The position numbers and the translations under genes are program-made. Positions 20,417 through 29,886 of a stretch of DNA of 64,000 nt are shown here, piece by piece. Numbering within the stretch: position 1 is the first letter of the stretch; every line of letters begins with the position of its first letter. The notes beneath the pieces are model-generated. The model had not been told where the DNA came from and made no database searches. It saw only the letters and a program-made list of their open reading frames with translations. Origin of the DNA: a plasmid. The stretch lies in sequence record NZ_CP094333.1, one strand, 5' to 3'.

Positions 20417-21388
20417 TCATCCCCCGTAATGCGCCACCTTGTCGACTATCCACGCAGGTCCTGTGACTTCCGGCAGCTCATCGTCATCTGTCGGGGAAGA
20501 CCATTCCAGTTCCCCCCACAGCACATCAACGAGCTCTCCGCGCTCATACAACTGCCAGCCACAGAAATTGCAGCCCTGTTCGGCGTACCAGTGCTCCAGC
20601 GTGCAGCCGAAACGGCGGCTTAATGCTGCAACAACGTCGCTTTCCGGCTGACACCACGGCGTGTCGAAATCAACCTGAATGAAGTTGTCTCCCTGACTAC
20701 TGATATTCAGGTCATACCCACAAGGCCACTTCACGCCATACCGTTCTGTATACCAGTGATATGCAGAAGGAACACCGTTCAGAACACCACCATTAAAGCC
20801 ATTCACTTCAACATCCAGGCGGGTCGGCAGAACCGTCAGCAGGTCAAACGGCATGGTTTTTTCCGGCAGTACGTTGTCACACAGACGGTTCCACCACACC
20901 GATACATCCTCGTTACCCCAGATGTCACACCAGTCACCTCTTTTTGCGGTGAAATGCACAGTGATAGTTTCCCTGACATCATCCGGTAACTCTTCCCAGC
21001 GACGCTGTCCAGTACCGCTCTGCAGCCAGAGTTCATGCAGCATCAGGCAGTTTTGCTCATCCAGCAGTACACCGTTCTGCAGGTGTGTCAGCCAGCGGGT
21101 GAACGCGATATTTTCCGGTGATACAGCACCACGTCCGGCAACCGTCACTCCGGGGCACTGCTCAGAGCGGATATTTTCAGTGATCTGCAGAAGTCCGGCA
21201 CTTCCGGCCAGAAACAGCTGAATACCTTCATTTGTGGCGCGGCGATAAAGCGGTGTGACTGCACCGCTGGCCAGTCGTTTAATCTCAGCGATCTGTGCTG
21301 GTTCACCAGAAAAATACATACGATTCGAGCACCAGTTTGGCATGGGAATTCTCCTCTCACATGCGGCCTCCATCAGGCCGTGCCGCAC
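20417..21388 (-). CDS. hypothetical leading-region protein (about 300-323 aa, Trp/Cys-rich)
   Basis: Long ORF. The start may be the internal MPNWCSNRMYF. No catalytic motif recognised. Confidence 0.55.
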   Translation of the reverse strand: MRHGLMEAACERRIPMPNWCSNRMYFSGEPAQIAEIKRLASGAVTPLYRRATNEGIQLFLAGSAGLLQITENIRSEQCPGVTVAGRGAVSPENIAFTRWLTHLQNGVLLDEQNCLMLHELWLQSGTGQRRWEELPDDVRETITVHFTAKRGDWCDIWGNEDVSVWWNRLCDNVLPEKTMPFDLLTVLPTRLDVEVNGFNGGVLNGVPSAYHWYTERYGVKWPCGYDLNISSQGDNFIQVDFDTPWCQPESDVVAALSRRFGCTLEHWYAEQGCNFCGWQLYERGELVDVLWGELEWSSPTDDDELPEVTGPAWIVDKVAHYGG

Positions 21389-21703
21389 CTGTAACCGGGC
21401 GACCGCATACGAATGCAGGTGCGGCCCCGAAGCCGCAGCGCGTGGAGGAGGAACGACGAAACGTGACCGGGTGAGGAGGCCGGCGACAGCGACACACTTG
21501 CATCGGATGCAGCCCGGTTAACGTGCCGGCACGGCCTGGGTAACCAGGTATTTTGTCCACAGAACCGTGCGCAAAATGCTGTGGATAAGCTGGACACAGC
21601 AGTCCACAGCAGGCATACAGCCACACGCTCAGAGAATTGAGCGTTTTTTAGTCACAATAATGACATTTGACTGTGTGTGGATTCAGTTATTAGAATACTG
21701 TAT

Positions 21704-21723
21704 ATGCATACAGCAATAGAAAA
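21704..21723 (+). promoter_or_regulatory. LexA (SOS) box upstream of impC
   Basis: tactgtatatgcatacagca fits the CTGT-N8-ACAG consensus and lies 14 nt upstream of the impC ATG. Confidence 0.6.
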
Positions 21724-21736
21724 GGGAGATGAGAAC

Positions 21737-21985
21737 ATGATCCGCATTGAAATTCTTTTCGACCGCCAGAGCACAAAAAACCTCAAATCAGGCACACTTC
21801 AGGCGCTACAGAATGAAATCGAACAACGTCTGAAACCACACTACCCGGAAATCTGGCTGCGTATAGACCAGGGCAGCGCCCCGTCTGTATCTGTCACAGG
21901 AGCCCGCAACGACAAGGATAAAGAACGTATCCTGTCTCTGCTGGAAGAAATCTGGCAGGACGACAGCTGGCTGCCTGCAGCATGA
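21737..21985 (+). CDS. impC: DinI-like protein ImpC (82 aa)
   Basis: MIRIEILFDRQS…KDKERILSLLEEIWQDDSWL resembles DinI (MRIEV…KEDKQRISEILQETWESADDWF). GGGAG SD. The longer track start would overlap the LexA box. Confidence 0.7.
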   Translation: MIRIEILFDRQSTKNLKSGTLQALQNEIEQRLKPHYPEIWLRIDQGSAPSVSVTGARNDKDKERILSLLEEIWQDDSWLPAA

Positions 21986-22419
21986 GTACCGTTTATCACC
22001 GTCCGGCTGACCCTTCAGGCGATGACAGTTACGTGCGACCGTTGTTTGCCGATCGTTGCCAGGCCGGTTTTCCTTCGCCTGCCACTGATTATGCTGAGCA
22101 GGAACTGGATCTGAACAGCTATTGCATCAGCAGACCTGCAGCCACCTTCTTTCTGCGCGCCAGCGGTGAATCGATGAACCAGGCTGGCGTGCAGAATGGT
22201 GATCTGCTGGTAGTGGACAGGGCCGAGAAACCACAACACGGGGACATCGTTATCGCTGAGATCGACGGTGAGTTCACCGTCAAACGACTGCTGTTGCGCC
22301 CACGCCCGGCACTGGAGCCGGTTTCAGACAGCCCGGAATTCCGCACACTGTATCCGGAAAACATCTGTATTTTTGGTGTTGTCACTCACGTGATACACAG
22401 GACGCGGGAGTTACGCTGA
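21982..22419 (+). CDS. impA: UmuD/MucA-like protein ImpA (LexA-like S24 peptidase, 145 aa)
   Basis: …FFLRASGESMNQAGVQNGDLLVVDRAEKPQHGDIVIAEIDGEFTVKRL… matches the UmuD self-cleavage domain. Confidence 0.85.
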   Translation: MSTVYHRPADPSGDDSYVRPLFADRCQAGFPSPATDYAEQELDLNSYCISRPAATFFLRASGESMNQAGVQNGDLLVVDRAEKPQHGDIVIAEIDGEFTVKRLLLRPRPALEPVSDSPEFRTLYPENICIFGVVTHVIHRTRELR

Positions 22420-23690
22420 TGTTTGCACTGGCTGATATCAACAGTTTCTACGCCTCATGTGAAAAAGTTTTCCGCCCGGACCTTCGCAACGAACCGGTCA
22501 TCGTACTCAGCAATAACGATGGCTGTGTGATCGCGCGCAGCCCGGAGGCAAAAGCCCTTGGCATCAGAATGGGGCAGCCCTGGTTTCAGGTGAGACAGAT
22601 GCGCCTGGAGAAGAAAATACATGTATTTTCCAGCAATTATGCGCTGTACCACAGCATGAGCCAACGGGTCATGGCTGTTCTGGAGTCGCTTTCTCCCGCA
22701 GTTGAGCCCTACTCAATTGATGAAATGTTCATTGATTTGCGGGGGATAAATCATTGCATCTCTCCGGAGGTTTTTGGTCATCAGCTCAGGGAACAGGTAA
22801 AGAGCTGGACAGGACTCACCATGGGGGTGGGCATTGCGCCTACAAAAACGCTGGCTAAAAGTGCACAGTGGGCAACAAAGCAATGGCCACAGTTTTCCGG
22901 AGTGGTCGCGCTGACGGCAGAAAACCGTAATCGGACCTTGAAGCTACTGGGGCTGCAGCCAGTTGGTGAGGTCTGGGGAGTAGGACGCAGACTGACGGAA
23001 AAGCTGAATGCGCTGGGTATTAACACAGCACTGCAGCTGGCGCAGGCTAACACGGCATTCATCCGGAAAAACTTCAGCGTCATTCTTGAGCGTACGGTAC
23101 GCGAACTCAACGGCGAGTCCTGCATATCCCTGGAAGAAGCACCACCGGCAAAACAGCAGATTGTCTGTAGTCGCAGTTTTGGTGAACGAATCACAGACAA
23201 AGATGCCATGCACCAGGCTGTTGTTCAGTATGCAGAGCGGGCCGCAGAGAAACTACGTGGGGAGCGTCAGTATTGCCGGCAGGTGACGACATTTGTACGG
23301 ACATCCCCCTTTGCAGTAAAAGAACCCTGTTACAGCAATGCCGCTGTGGAAAAGCTTCCATTACCCACACAGGACAGCCGGGACATTATTGCCGCAGCAT
23401 GCAGAGCGTTAAACCATGTCTGGCGTGAAGGGTACCGCTATATGAAGGCAGGAGTCATGCTGGCTGATTTCACACCATCGGGTATAGCGCAGCCGGGATT
23501 ATTTGATGAGATCCAGCCCCGTAAAAACAGCGAAAAGTTAATGAAAACACTCGATGAACTGAACCAGTCTGGAAAAGGGAAAGTGTGGTTTGCGGGGCGA
23601 GGAACCGCCCCTGAATGGCAAATGAAACGGGAAATGCTCTCGCCTTCGTATACAACACAATGGACTGAGATCCCCATTGCTTCATTCTGA
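22419..23690 (+). CDS. impB: UmuC/MucB-like Y-family DNA polymerase ImpB (423 aa)
   Basis: MFALADINSFYASCEKVFRPDLRNEPVIVLSNNDGCVIARSPEAKALGI… is the canonical UmuC N-terminus. Confidence 0.9.
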   Translation: MFALADINSFYASCEKVFRPDLRNEPVIVLSNNDGCVIARSPEAKALGIRMGQPWFQVRQMRLEKKIHVFSSNYALYHSMSQRVMAVLESLSPAVEPYSIDEMFIDLRGINHCISPEVFGHQLREQVKSWTGLTMGVGIAPTKTLAKSAQWATKQWPQFSGVVALTAENRNRTLKLLGLQPVGEVWGVGRRLTEKLNALGINTALQLAQANTAFIRKNFSVILERTVRELNGESCISLEEAPPAKQQIVCSRSFGERITDKDAMHQAVVQYAERAAEKLRGERQYCRQVTTFVRTSPFAVKEPCYSNAAVEKLPLPTQDSRDIIAAACRALNHVWREGYRYMKAGVMLADFTPSGIAQPGLFDEIQPRKNSEKLMKTLDELNQSGKGKVWFAGRGTAPEWQMKREMLSPSYTTQWTEIPIASF

Positions 23691-23694
23691 TATA

Positions 23695-24123
23695 TCAGAA
23701 TAATTTTTGCATTTTAAGGCGCACATCATTCATTGCCTCCTGCACCGAATCAGTAGCAGAAGGAGGCATTTTTTCAGCAGATTGCAAAGCACCGAGTTCA
23801 GTCAACACAGCTCTGATATCGGCCTGAGAAGGCTTCCATCCTGTCGTCTGACTGAGTAAGGTTACAACCTGATCTGCTGAAAACTCCTCGCTCAAAATGG
23901 CAGTCAGCAATACAGGCAGGCGAGGATCAAGTTGGTGTAACGCCATTCCAGAAATAAATGCATTCCGGAACAGCTCACCACGCTCAGAACGCGGAACGGA
24001 CTCTATCGCTTCCAAAGTTTGAAAGTCTGCAGCTTTTTCCGGATGCAGATAAAGTGTGAATTTTTTCCTTTTCCGTTCATCGTCCACAATATTACTCCTC
24101 TTTGAAAGCCGCGATAGCTTCAA
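23695..24123 (-). CDS. parR: ParR/StbB-like partition adaptor (142 aa)
   Basis: Small gene immediately downstream of parM with overlapping start/stop, as in R100 stbAB. Confidence 0.55.
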   Translation of the reverse strand: MKLSRLSKRSNIVDDERKRKKFTLYLHPEKAADFQTLEAIESVPRSERGELFRNAFISGMALHQLDPRLPVLLTAILSEEFSADQVVTLLSQTTGWKPSQADIRAVLTELGALQSAEKMPPSATDSVQEAMNDVRLKMQKLF

Positions 24124-25062
24124 CCAGTGCTGTCTGTGGCGACTCCATCATCACTACTTTTTGCCCAAGATGGTGCCATGCCGTTTTTATCGAATCATAG
24201 ATCAACGGGGCCCCACCACCGACAACATAAACACGATTCACATGATGAAAATCACCGAGCTCATTGACTACTTGCTCCCCCAGACTGGCAATAGCCCCCT
24301 CAATGGTATTAAGGACCAGATCAGTTTTTGTTTCGTCATTTATAACCTGCCGAACAAAGTCCGGGTCATTACGACGTTTAATCAATTCATCTGCAACGAG
24401 GAAACTGGTATCACTGGATGCCATGCGCAATGCACTCATTGCAGCTTTCGTAACTGAAGACACACCAATGCCAGAATTACCATGAATGGCACTTACAGAG
24501 TCAAATTGACCAACGATAACACCAACATCAAGCGTAGTGCCGCCAATATCAACTACCAGCGATTTTTCGAACTGACCAACTTTATCCATGACCAGACGAG
24601 AAAACACAGCTGGCAATGATTCAGGCATCACATCAACGTGTTCAATGGTGAAAACATCGCCTTTATTAAGACGAATCGGCCTCATTAAATTCTCAATTTT
24701 ACGCTGAATGTTGAGTTCATTTTTTGACACTCTTTCGTGTAGAACTCACTGATAGGCAAAGTCACAGTCAATGATACAGGCTGAGGCGCTAATCCACTAT
24801 TCAGTAAAGCGTGATGCACAGCTAACAGGTTAACATCCGTATATTGATACTCAATATGAGTCGTAAGAATAGATTGGTTGCTAACTTCATCATACGTGTA
24901 TTTTTTACCATCCAGTTCATAGTTAAATGTCTGGCGAATCCCTAACCCGTCAACCTTCCATCCATGACGAAATGAGTTTTGCGACAACGACTTACAGATT
25001 TTCCCATTGTCATTCCATGCCAACTTGATTGTTGTTGAACCATCATCGCAGTATACGTTCAT
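24092..25062 (-). pseudogene. parM: ParM/StbA actin-like partition ATPase, split by a frameshift in an A6 run near 24725
   Basis: The N-terminal ORF 24685-25062 (MNVYCDDGSTTIKLAWNDNG…) and C-terminal ORF 24092-24730 (…VVDIGGTTLDVGVI…VYVVGGGAPLI…) together match R100 StbA along its whole length. The frames overlap at gtcaaaaaatgaac. Confidence 0.7.
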
Positions 25063-25290
25063 CTATAGCCCCTTAAATACTCAATCTGAGTAAATCACTG
25101 TTTCTGGTTGCAAGGTAATACTCAATTTGAGCACTATCATAGTTATGAAATCACAAAACACAAGTAATATTTATTACATCATATGACATACTTCATATTT
25201 CATACTTCACAAATATGAATGCATGTTGACACATCAGGTTACCGTGTCAAAATATCATCATACTTCACACATCACATTTATGAGGTTGCA
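25063..25290. promoter_or_regulatory. shared centromere/operator region between divergent parMR and parFG-like operons
   Basis: Direct repeats atactcaatctgag / atactcaatttgag lie next to parM. Three copies of atacttca(t/c)a lie next to the parA-like gene. The region is AT-rich. Confidence 0.45.
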
Positions 25291-25935
25291 ATGATTACTG
25301 TAGTTGGTGGGAACAAAGGTGGTTCAGGGAAAACTACCATTGCATCAAACCTGGCTATTGCTCTCGCAAATAAAGGAAGGGAAGTCTGCCTGTTAAACGG
25401 AGATCTACAACGAACAGCCGCAAAACATCATGCGGAACGAGAAGCTGCAGGACTGTTACCAGCAATAACCCTTGTTGAGAAATTTGATAACCTGACACAA
25501 ACACTACAGGCTCTGAATGAAAAGTTCGATGATGTAATAGTGGATGTCGCAGGAAGAAACTCAAAGGAATTCATAACGAGTGGAGTTGTCGCACATCAAA
25601 TAATTGCGCCACTACAGTGTTCTCAACCAGATCTGGATACTCTTACAGAACTAGAACAACAGATAGACGCAATGCGTAACCTTAACCCGGAACTTAAGGT
25701 TTATTGTTTACAAAGTATGGCAACAACCAATCCGGTTTTGAGGGGAAATGAGAGAAAAGAATTCCTTGAATATCTTGAAGAATTCCCAACAATTCAAGTC
25801 CTGGATTCAGTTATTTGTTTCAGAAAAGTCTATCGCGATTGCATGAGCAACGGCACCGGTGTAGTAGAAACGAACAATACAGCAGCCAGAGCAGAAATTG
25901 AACATTTAATGAATGAGGTATTTGGCCCATGGTGA
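25291..25935 (+). CDS. parA: small ParA/ParF-type partition ATPase (214 aa)
   Basis: Deviant Walker A GGNKGGSGKTT. GAGG SD. The start MITVVGG was chosen over the longer track ORF. Confidence 0.8.
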   Translation: MITVVGGNKGGSGKTTIASNLAIALANKGREVCLLNGDLQRTAAKHHAEREAAGLLPAITLVEKFDNLTQTLQALNEKFDDVIVDVAGRNSKEFITSGVVAHQIIAPLQCSQPDLDTLTELEQQIDAMRNLNPELKVYCLQSMATTNPVLRGNERKEFLEYLEEFPTIQVLDSVICFRKVYRDCMSNGTGVVETNNTAARAEIEHLMNEVFGPW

Positions 25936-26204
25936 AGAAACCCAGCCAGCAAGCATTAAACAGAGCTGCAGTTACGGTAGAACAAGCAGAGGCTCTGGCT
26001 CAGCGCCTTGCGGATAAACCATACGGCGCGCCGGAAAAACCCGAACCAGAAAAACAATGTCGGACGACAATCTCTCTTGGTGAAAGCATGCTTGTCACAA
26101 TAGAAGATCTGGCATTGAGGAATAAACGCAATGGTAAAGATCCAAAAAATGTAAGTGCCATCGTCAGAGTAGCCCTTGAGCAATACTTAAAAACACTAAC
26201 GTAA
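25929..26204 (+). CDS. ParG-like ribbon-helix-helix partition protein (91 aa)
   Basis: Overlaps the parA stop. The C-terminal RHH-like segment (DPKNVSAIVRVALEQYLK) resembles Type Ib ParG/ParB partners. Confidence 0.5.
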   Translation: MVKKPSQQALNRAAVTVEQAEALAQRLADKPYGAPEKPEPEKQCRTTISLGESMLVTIEDLALRNKRNGKDPKNVSAIVRVALEQYLKTLT

Positions 26205-26341
26205 TAATCAAGAAGTTATTACTTATGAAATCACACTTGTGAATTCACACTGTTTAAGCACCCTTGCATACAAGAGATCACATATTGCAGTGGTCTCTTC
26301 TTTTATAGAATAAATCACAATTCATAATTATGATTTGTGAC

Positions 26342-27124
26342 TTATGCGTGTCTGTTTTTCAGCATTGTGACAGCATCGGACTCAGGCATCGAAAACTGCA
26401 CCCTGTGCCTTGCTGCCACATCGAGCGCAAACACCTTCGTGTACACCTCTGTCGAACTAATCGACTTGTGCCCCATCAGGCTCTGCAGCACCTTCAGCGG
26501 AATACCAGCATACAGCATATGCATCGCGTAGGAATGGCGGAAAGTATGTGGGGTAACCGGCACAGAGAATGACACCCCGTCAGCGGCCGCATTCTCCACT
26601 GCTTCATTCAGCCAGGTCCGTACCGTCCGGTCAGTGACCTCCCAGATACGCGCCTTTTCGGTTCTGCCGGTACGCTTATTACGTCGCTCGAGCGGAATCT
26701 TCAGCGTGGCCACCATCATTTCCAACTGGTTCACGTACTGGCTGTCTGATAGCGGAACCAGACGATGGGCCTGACTGCCGGCGGGCAGACGTCCTGCTGT
26801 TCTGGCAGCCTTCTCGGCACGTTGCTTCAGCGTGGCCAGCTGTACGAACGGATATGGCGGTGCCAGCGAAAAATCCCCTCGAGTAAGCGCCAGCGCCTCG
26901 TTAATGCGGGCGCCCGTATTCCAGAGGGTGGCCAGCAGCATCTTACGGTGCAGATCGGGCACATAGTGGAGCAGGGCGCTCACTTCCGGCGCCAGCAGGT
27001 ATTTCGGTAGTTCGTCCTGAACGAGCGCCATCTGCCGCAAGGCCAGTGCTGCGGGATAGTCGATGGTCACTGGCAGGGCGGCCATTGGGCCCTGAGAAGT
27101 AGCTGAAGGTATGAGGCCAGTCAT
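26342..27124 (-). CDS. tyrosine site-specific recombinase (XerC/D / ResD-like multimer resolvase, 260 aa)
   Basis: C-terminal catalytic motifs HTFRHSYAMHMLYAGIPLKVLQSLMGHKSISSTEVYTKV (R-H-R-Y). Confidence 0.85.
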   Translation of the reverse strand: MTGLIPSATSQGPMAALPVTIDYPAALALRQMALVQDELPKYLLAPEVSALLHYVPDLHRKMLLATLWNTGARINEALALTRGDFSLAPPYPFVQLATLKQRAEKAARTAGRLPAGSQAHRLVPLSDSQYVNQLEMMVATLKIPLERRNKRTGRTEKARIWEVTDRTVRTWLNEAVENAAADGVSFSVPVTPHTFRHSYAMHMLYAGIPLKVLQSLMGHKSISSTEVYTKVFALDVAARHRVQFSMPESDAVTMLKNRHA

Positions 27125-27191
27125 GATCGGTATCTCAGTATCATTAGTTGTTCAGGTAAGTCTGATGGATTTTTCGCGCCGTTTCTGGCTG

Positions 27192-27800
27192 TCAGAAGCT
27201 GTCCAGAATTTGATTCCATTCGGCTTTACAGTCCAGCAGGTACCGGAGGCCATTGTCGACCCCGTCAAGTAAATCGGAAGCCTCTCCCATTTTTTCCCCA
27301 AAGCGGCGGGTGTTGACGTAATGAATTCCTTCAAGGCTCCGGGTGCCGTCATTTCTCCTGGCATATCGGAAATCTGTCGCCCGTTCATCCGCTTGGTGAA
27401 GAGCTTTAACCACCTCTTTGACGATTTTAAAATCGGAAGGCCGGTAGCTGTCATCAACTTCCAGGATCAGCTTTTGTGCCAGCGGCCATAGATTATTCAG
27501 GTTATGGTCATCTTTTTTGTACTGGTGTTTATTCGGGTCTTCTGCCAGTGCAAGGGCCAGTCCGATAATTTGTTTGATAAGGAGCTCCAAGTGATGTCGG
27601 TAGAGAAACAACACCGGATAAACCAGAAAATCCTGGTCCCGCCCGGATTCATCAATGTGGTTAATCAGAATATCAGCAGCTCGCCTGTAACCTTCGGTGT
27701 AAGCTGTACCATGATCCGGCATGTAATTCAGGCAGGCATTATTGTGCCAGTCGCTGTCGCTGGCCAGCAGCCCCGGTTCTAACGTTTTTCCCTTTTTCAT
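27192..27800 (-). CDS. hypothetical protein (202 aa)
   Basis: Second gene of a two-gene minus-strand operon. No motif recognised. Confidence 0.5.
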   Translation of the reverse strand: MKKGKTLEPGLLASDSDWHNNACLNYMPDHGTAYTEGYRRAADILINHIDESGRDQDFLVYPVLFLYRHHLELLIKQIIGLALALAEDPNKHQYKKDDHNLNNLWPLAQKLILEVDDSYRPSDFKIVKEVVKALHQADERATDFRYARRNDGTRSLEGIHYVNTRRFGEKMGEASDLLDGVDNGLRYLLDCKAEWNQILDSF

Positions 27801-27869
27801 TTCAACTCCAGAATCTTTTAACAGCCCCGGTTCGGTACCTTATCCGGAAATCCCGCCTACTGTATGTAT

Positions 27870-28220
27870 TCAGCGGTCAGCCGCCAGTTCTTCAGCCAGC
27901 TTCACAAACCCTTTGTGCTCAGTCTGCAGGTACTGACTGTAAATCCGGGCGTCACGTTCTGTCAGTCCGGATGGATTGCCAGTGAAGTAACGTTGCAGCA
28001 CCGCAATACAGTGATTGTAGGTATCGAGATCGTATTCCCAGTTTCCCAGCTCACCGGCCACATCCAGCTCCCGGCGAAACTGCTCGTATTTACGGAGCAG
28101 AATGCCAAGACCTAATTCTGTGGCAGCATAAACATTATTTTCTCCTGGCGCGGAAATCGCATTGCGAATTTTTTCAAAAGCATAACTGAAATCATTTCTC
28201 TCATTGAATGCAGTAAACAT
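27870..28220 (-). CDS. hypothetical protein (116 aa)
   Basis: First gene of the operon, divergent from the 28790 gene. No motif recognised. Confidence 0.5.
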   Translation of the reverse strand: MFTAFNERNDFSYAFEKIRNAISAPGENNVYAATELGLGILLRKYEQFRRELDVAGELGNWEYDLDTYNHCIAVLQRYFTGNPSGLTERDARIYSQYLQTEHKGFVKLAEELAADR

Positions 28221-28789
28221 GTCATTTCCTCAGTTGAATAGTTAGCCGTGCAATTTTACCACACCTCAATCATCGCCAGATGAGTGCTACTCTGTTGAGA
28301 AAGTGACTTTCACAAAAATGGATTTCACATATTGAAATAATAATCAGGCATATAACCACTCCATTAAATTATCGAACAGTGGTTTTCAGATGATCCGATT
28401 TACTGCGTATTTACAACTTTCCGGAAGTGAATCAGGATCAGTGAATAAGCGAAGCGATCTTTTCTGCCGCTGATGACTGGCTCGGGAACACGGGAAGAAA
28501 CACAACATACAGTGTCATGTCAGCGGAGCGGGACACCACATCCTGTGAAAGCGGACCAGCGGGCGGCAGCGAAGGATCCGCGGATCCGTAACTTGGGGTT
28601 TTCGGATCTCCGTGCTGAAGATGAGGAGTTCTCCTCACGCCTGGTTAAACTTTATCTTGCTTAGCACCACTTTTATCATTATGAATTCACATATTGAAAT
28701 CGGGAAGCAAAATAAATATCTTAACAACAAACATCTTATTTCAATGCAAGTGGTGGATGTTGAGAGTGTCACGTCCTTCGGAGAAAGAA

Positions 28790-29371
28790 ATGACTGAACA
28801 GAATGAAAATGCCGAAAAAGGATCCACACGCACGCTGACCGTGCGAAACATGCCTTTTGATGTGGATAACGAAATCACGGAACAGGCGAGGGCGGCAGGA
28901 AAGTCAAAAAGTGATTTTGTCAAAGAATTCCTCTCAGCCTCCTTCGGGGATCTGATCGGTAACTTTATGCGCGGAAATGGCCTCGTGGCGCTGATGGATA
29001 AAGACGTGGCCACAATGATGAAGGCAGCCCTCGCCGATTACTGGTATGACAGCGCCCAGACGCTCGCTGAAAACCGGGCCTGGTGCCGTTTACTGGGCAT
29101 TTATAAAGAAGAAGATCTGCAGCATATTATGCGTAACGGCGTTCCCCTGCTTGAACTGCGCGCCGCACAGCTACCTGGCATCACCCATATCCCGCATGGC
29201 ACGTCACTGGCGTTTGCCCTCTTCATTGAGGCTGCTCGCCGCGATTTACCGACGCTAATCAGAGTGCATAAAGAACTGTTCTTCCTGCAGAAAGAAGGGG
29301 ATTTTCTGGACATGGTCGACCAGATACGGCAAGCACTGCGCCTGCCGCCCACAGAACGGTCTGTTTTCTGA
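28790..29371 (+). CDS. hypothetical protein with N-terminal ribbon-helix-helix (CopG/Arc-like) domain (194 aa)
   Basis: RTLTVRNMPFDVDNEITEQARAAGKSKSDFVKEFLSASF fits the RHH beta-alpha-alpha pattern. The C-terminal 130 aa are unknown. The start was chosen at MTEQ. Confidence 0.45.
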   Translation: MTEQNENAEKGSTRTLTVRNMPFDVDNEITEQARAAGKSKSDFVKEFLSASFGDLIGNFMRGNGLVALMDKDVATMMKAALADYWYDSAQTLAENRAWCRLLGIYKEEDLQHIMRNGVPLLELRAAQLPGITHIPHGTSLAFALFIEAARRDLPTLIRVHKELFFLQKEGDFLDMVDQIRQALRLPPTERSVF

Positions 29372-29550
29372 CGTTCTGAAACGAGAAAAGCCATCCTGAG
29401 GAATGGCTTTTCCTATACGAACTCCGCTGAAATCGTAAACAATATTATTGTCCGAATATTTCTATGAGGTATACTGACGTAAGCGTCAACCACTTGCGCG
29501 TCAAGGGTTTCCGCCATCTTACTGAATACTTTGAATTTGCGGAGGTGCCA

Positions 29551-29886
29551 ATGATCACTCATTCACCATTCACTATTGCTGATAACTATGCTCTTTTGGG
29601 TAGTTTTTGCATACCTGGCGTTCAGGGTAAATTCGAAGTACGTTCAAATAATACCCGCGAGAAGCGTCCGATGCTGATCGTGGTGCATGAAAACTGGCAG
29701 CAAGCAACCCGTCGCGACCGTGTTGTGCCGCTGGTTGTTGTTCAGTTTGAAGAAGATGGCCGTAAGAAATGCATAGAACAGAAAGAAACCGAGCTATCAA
29801 AATCGGTGAATCTGGCTGATTTCAGCCGCCGCGCGATAGAATTTTTTCAATGGAATGAGCACGGTAATCTGGCATGTCACCACTGA
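29551..29886 (+). CDS. hypothetical protein (112 aa)
   Basis: Start at MITHSPF, preceded by GGAGG. Overlaps the next gene by 13 nt. Confidence 0.4.
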   Translation: MITHSPFTIADNYALLGSFCIPGVQGKFEVRSNNTREKRPMLIVVHENWQQATRRDRVVPLVVVQFEEDGRKKCIEQKETELSKSVNLADFSRRAIEFFQWNEHGNLACHH

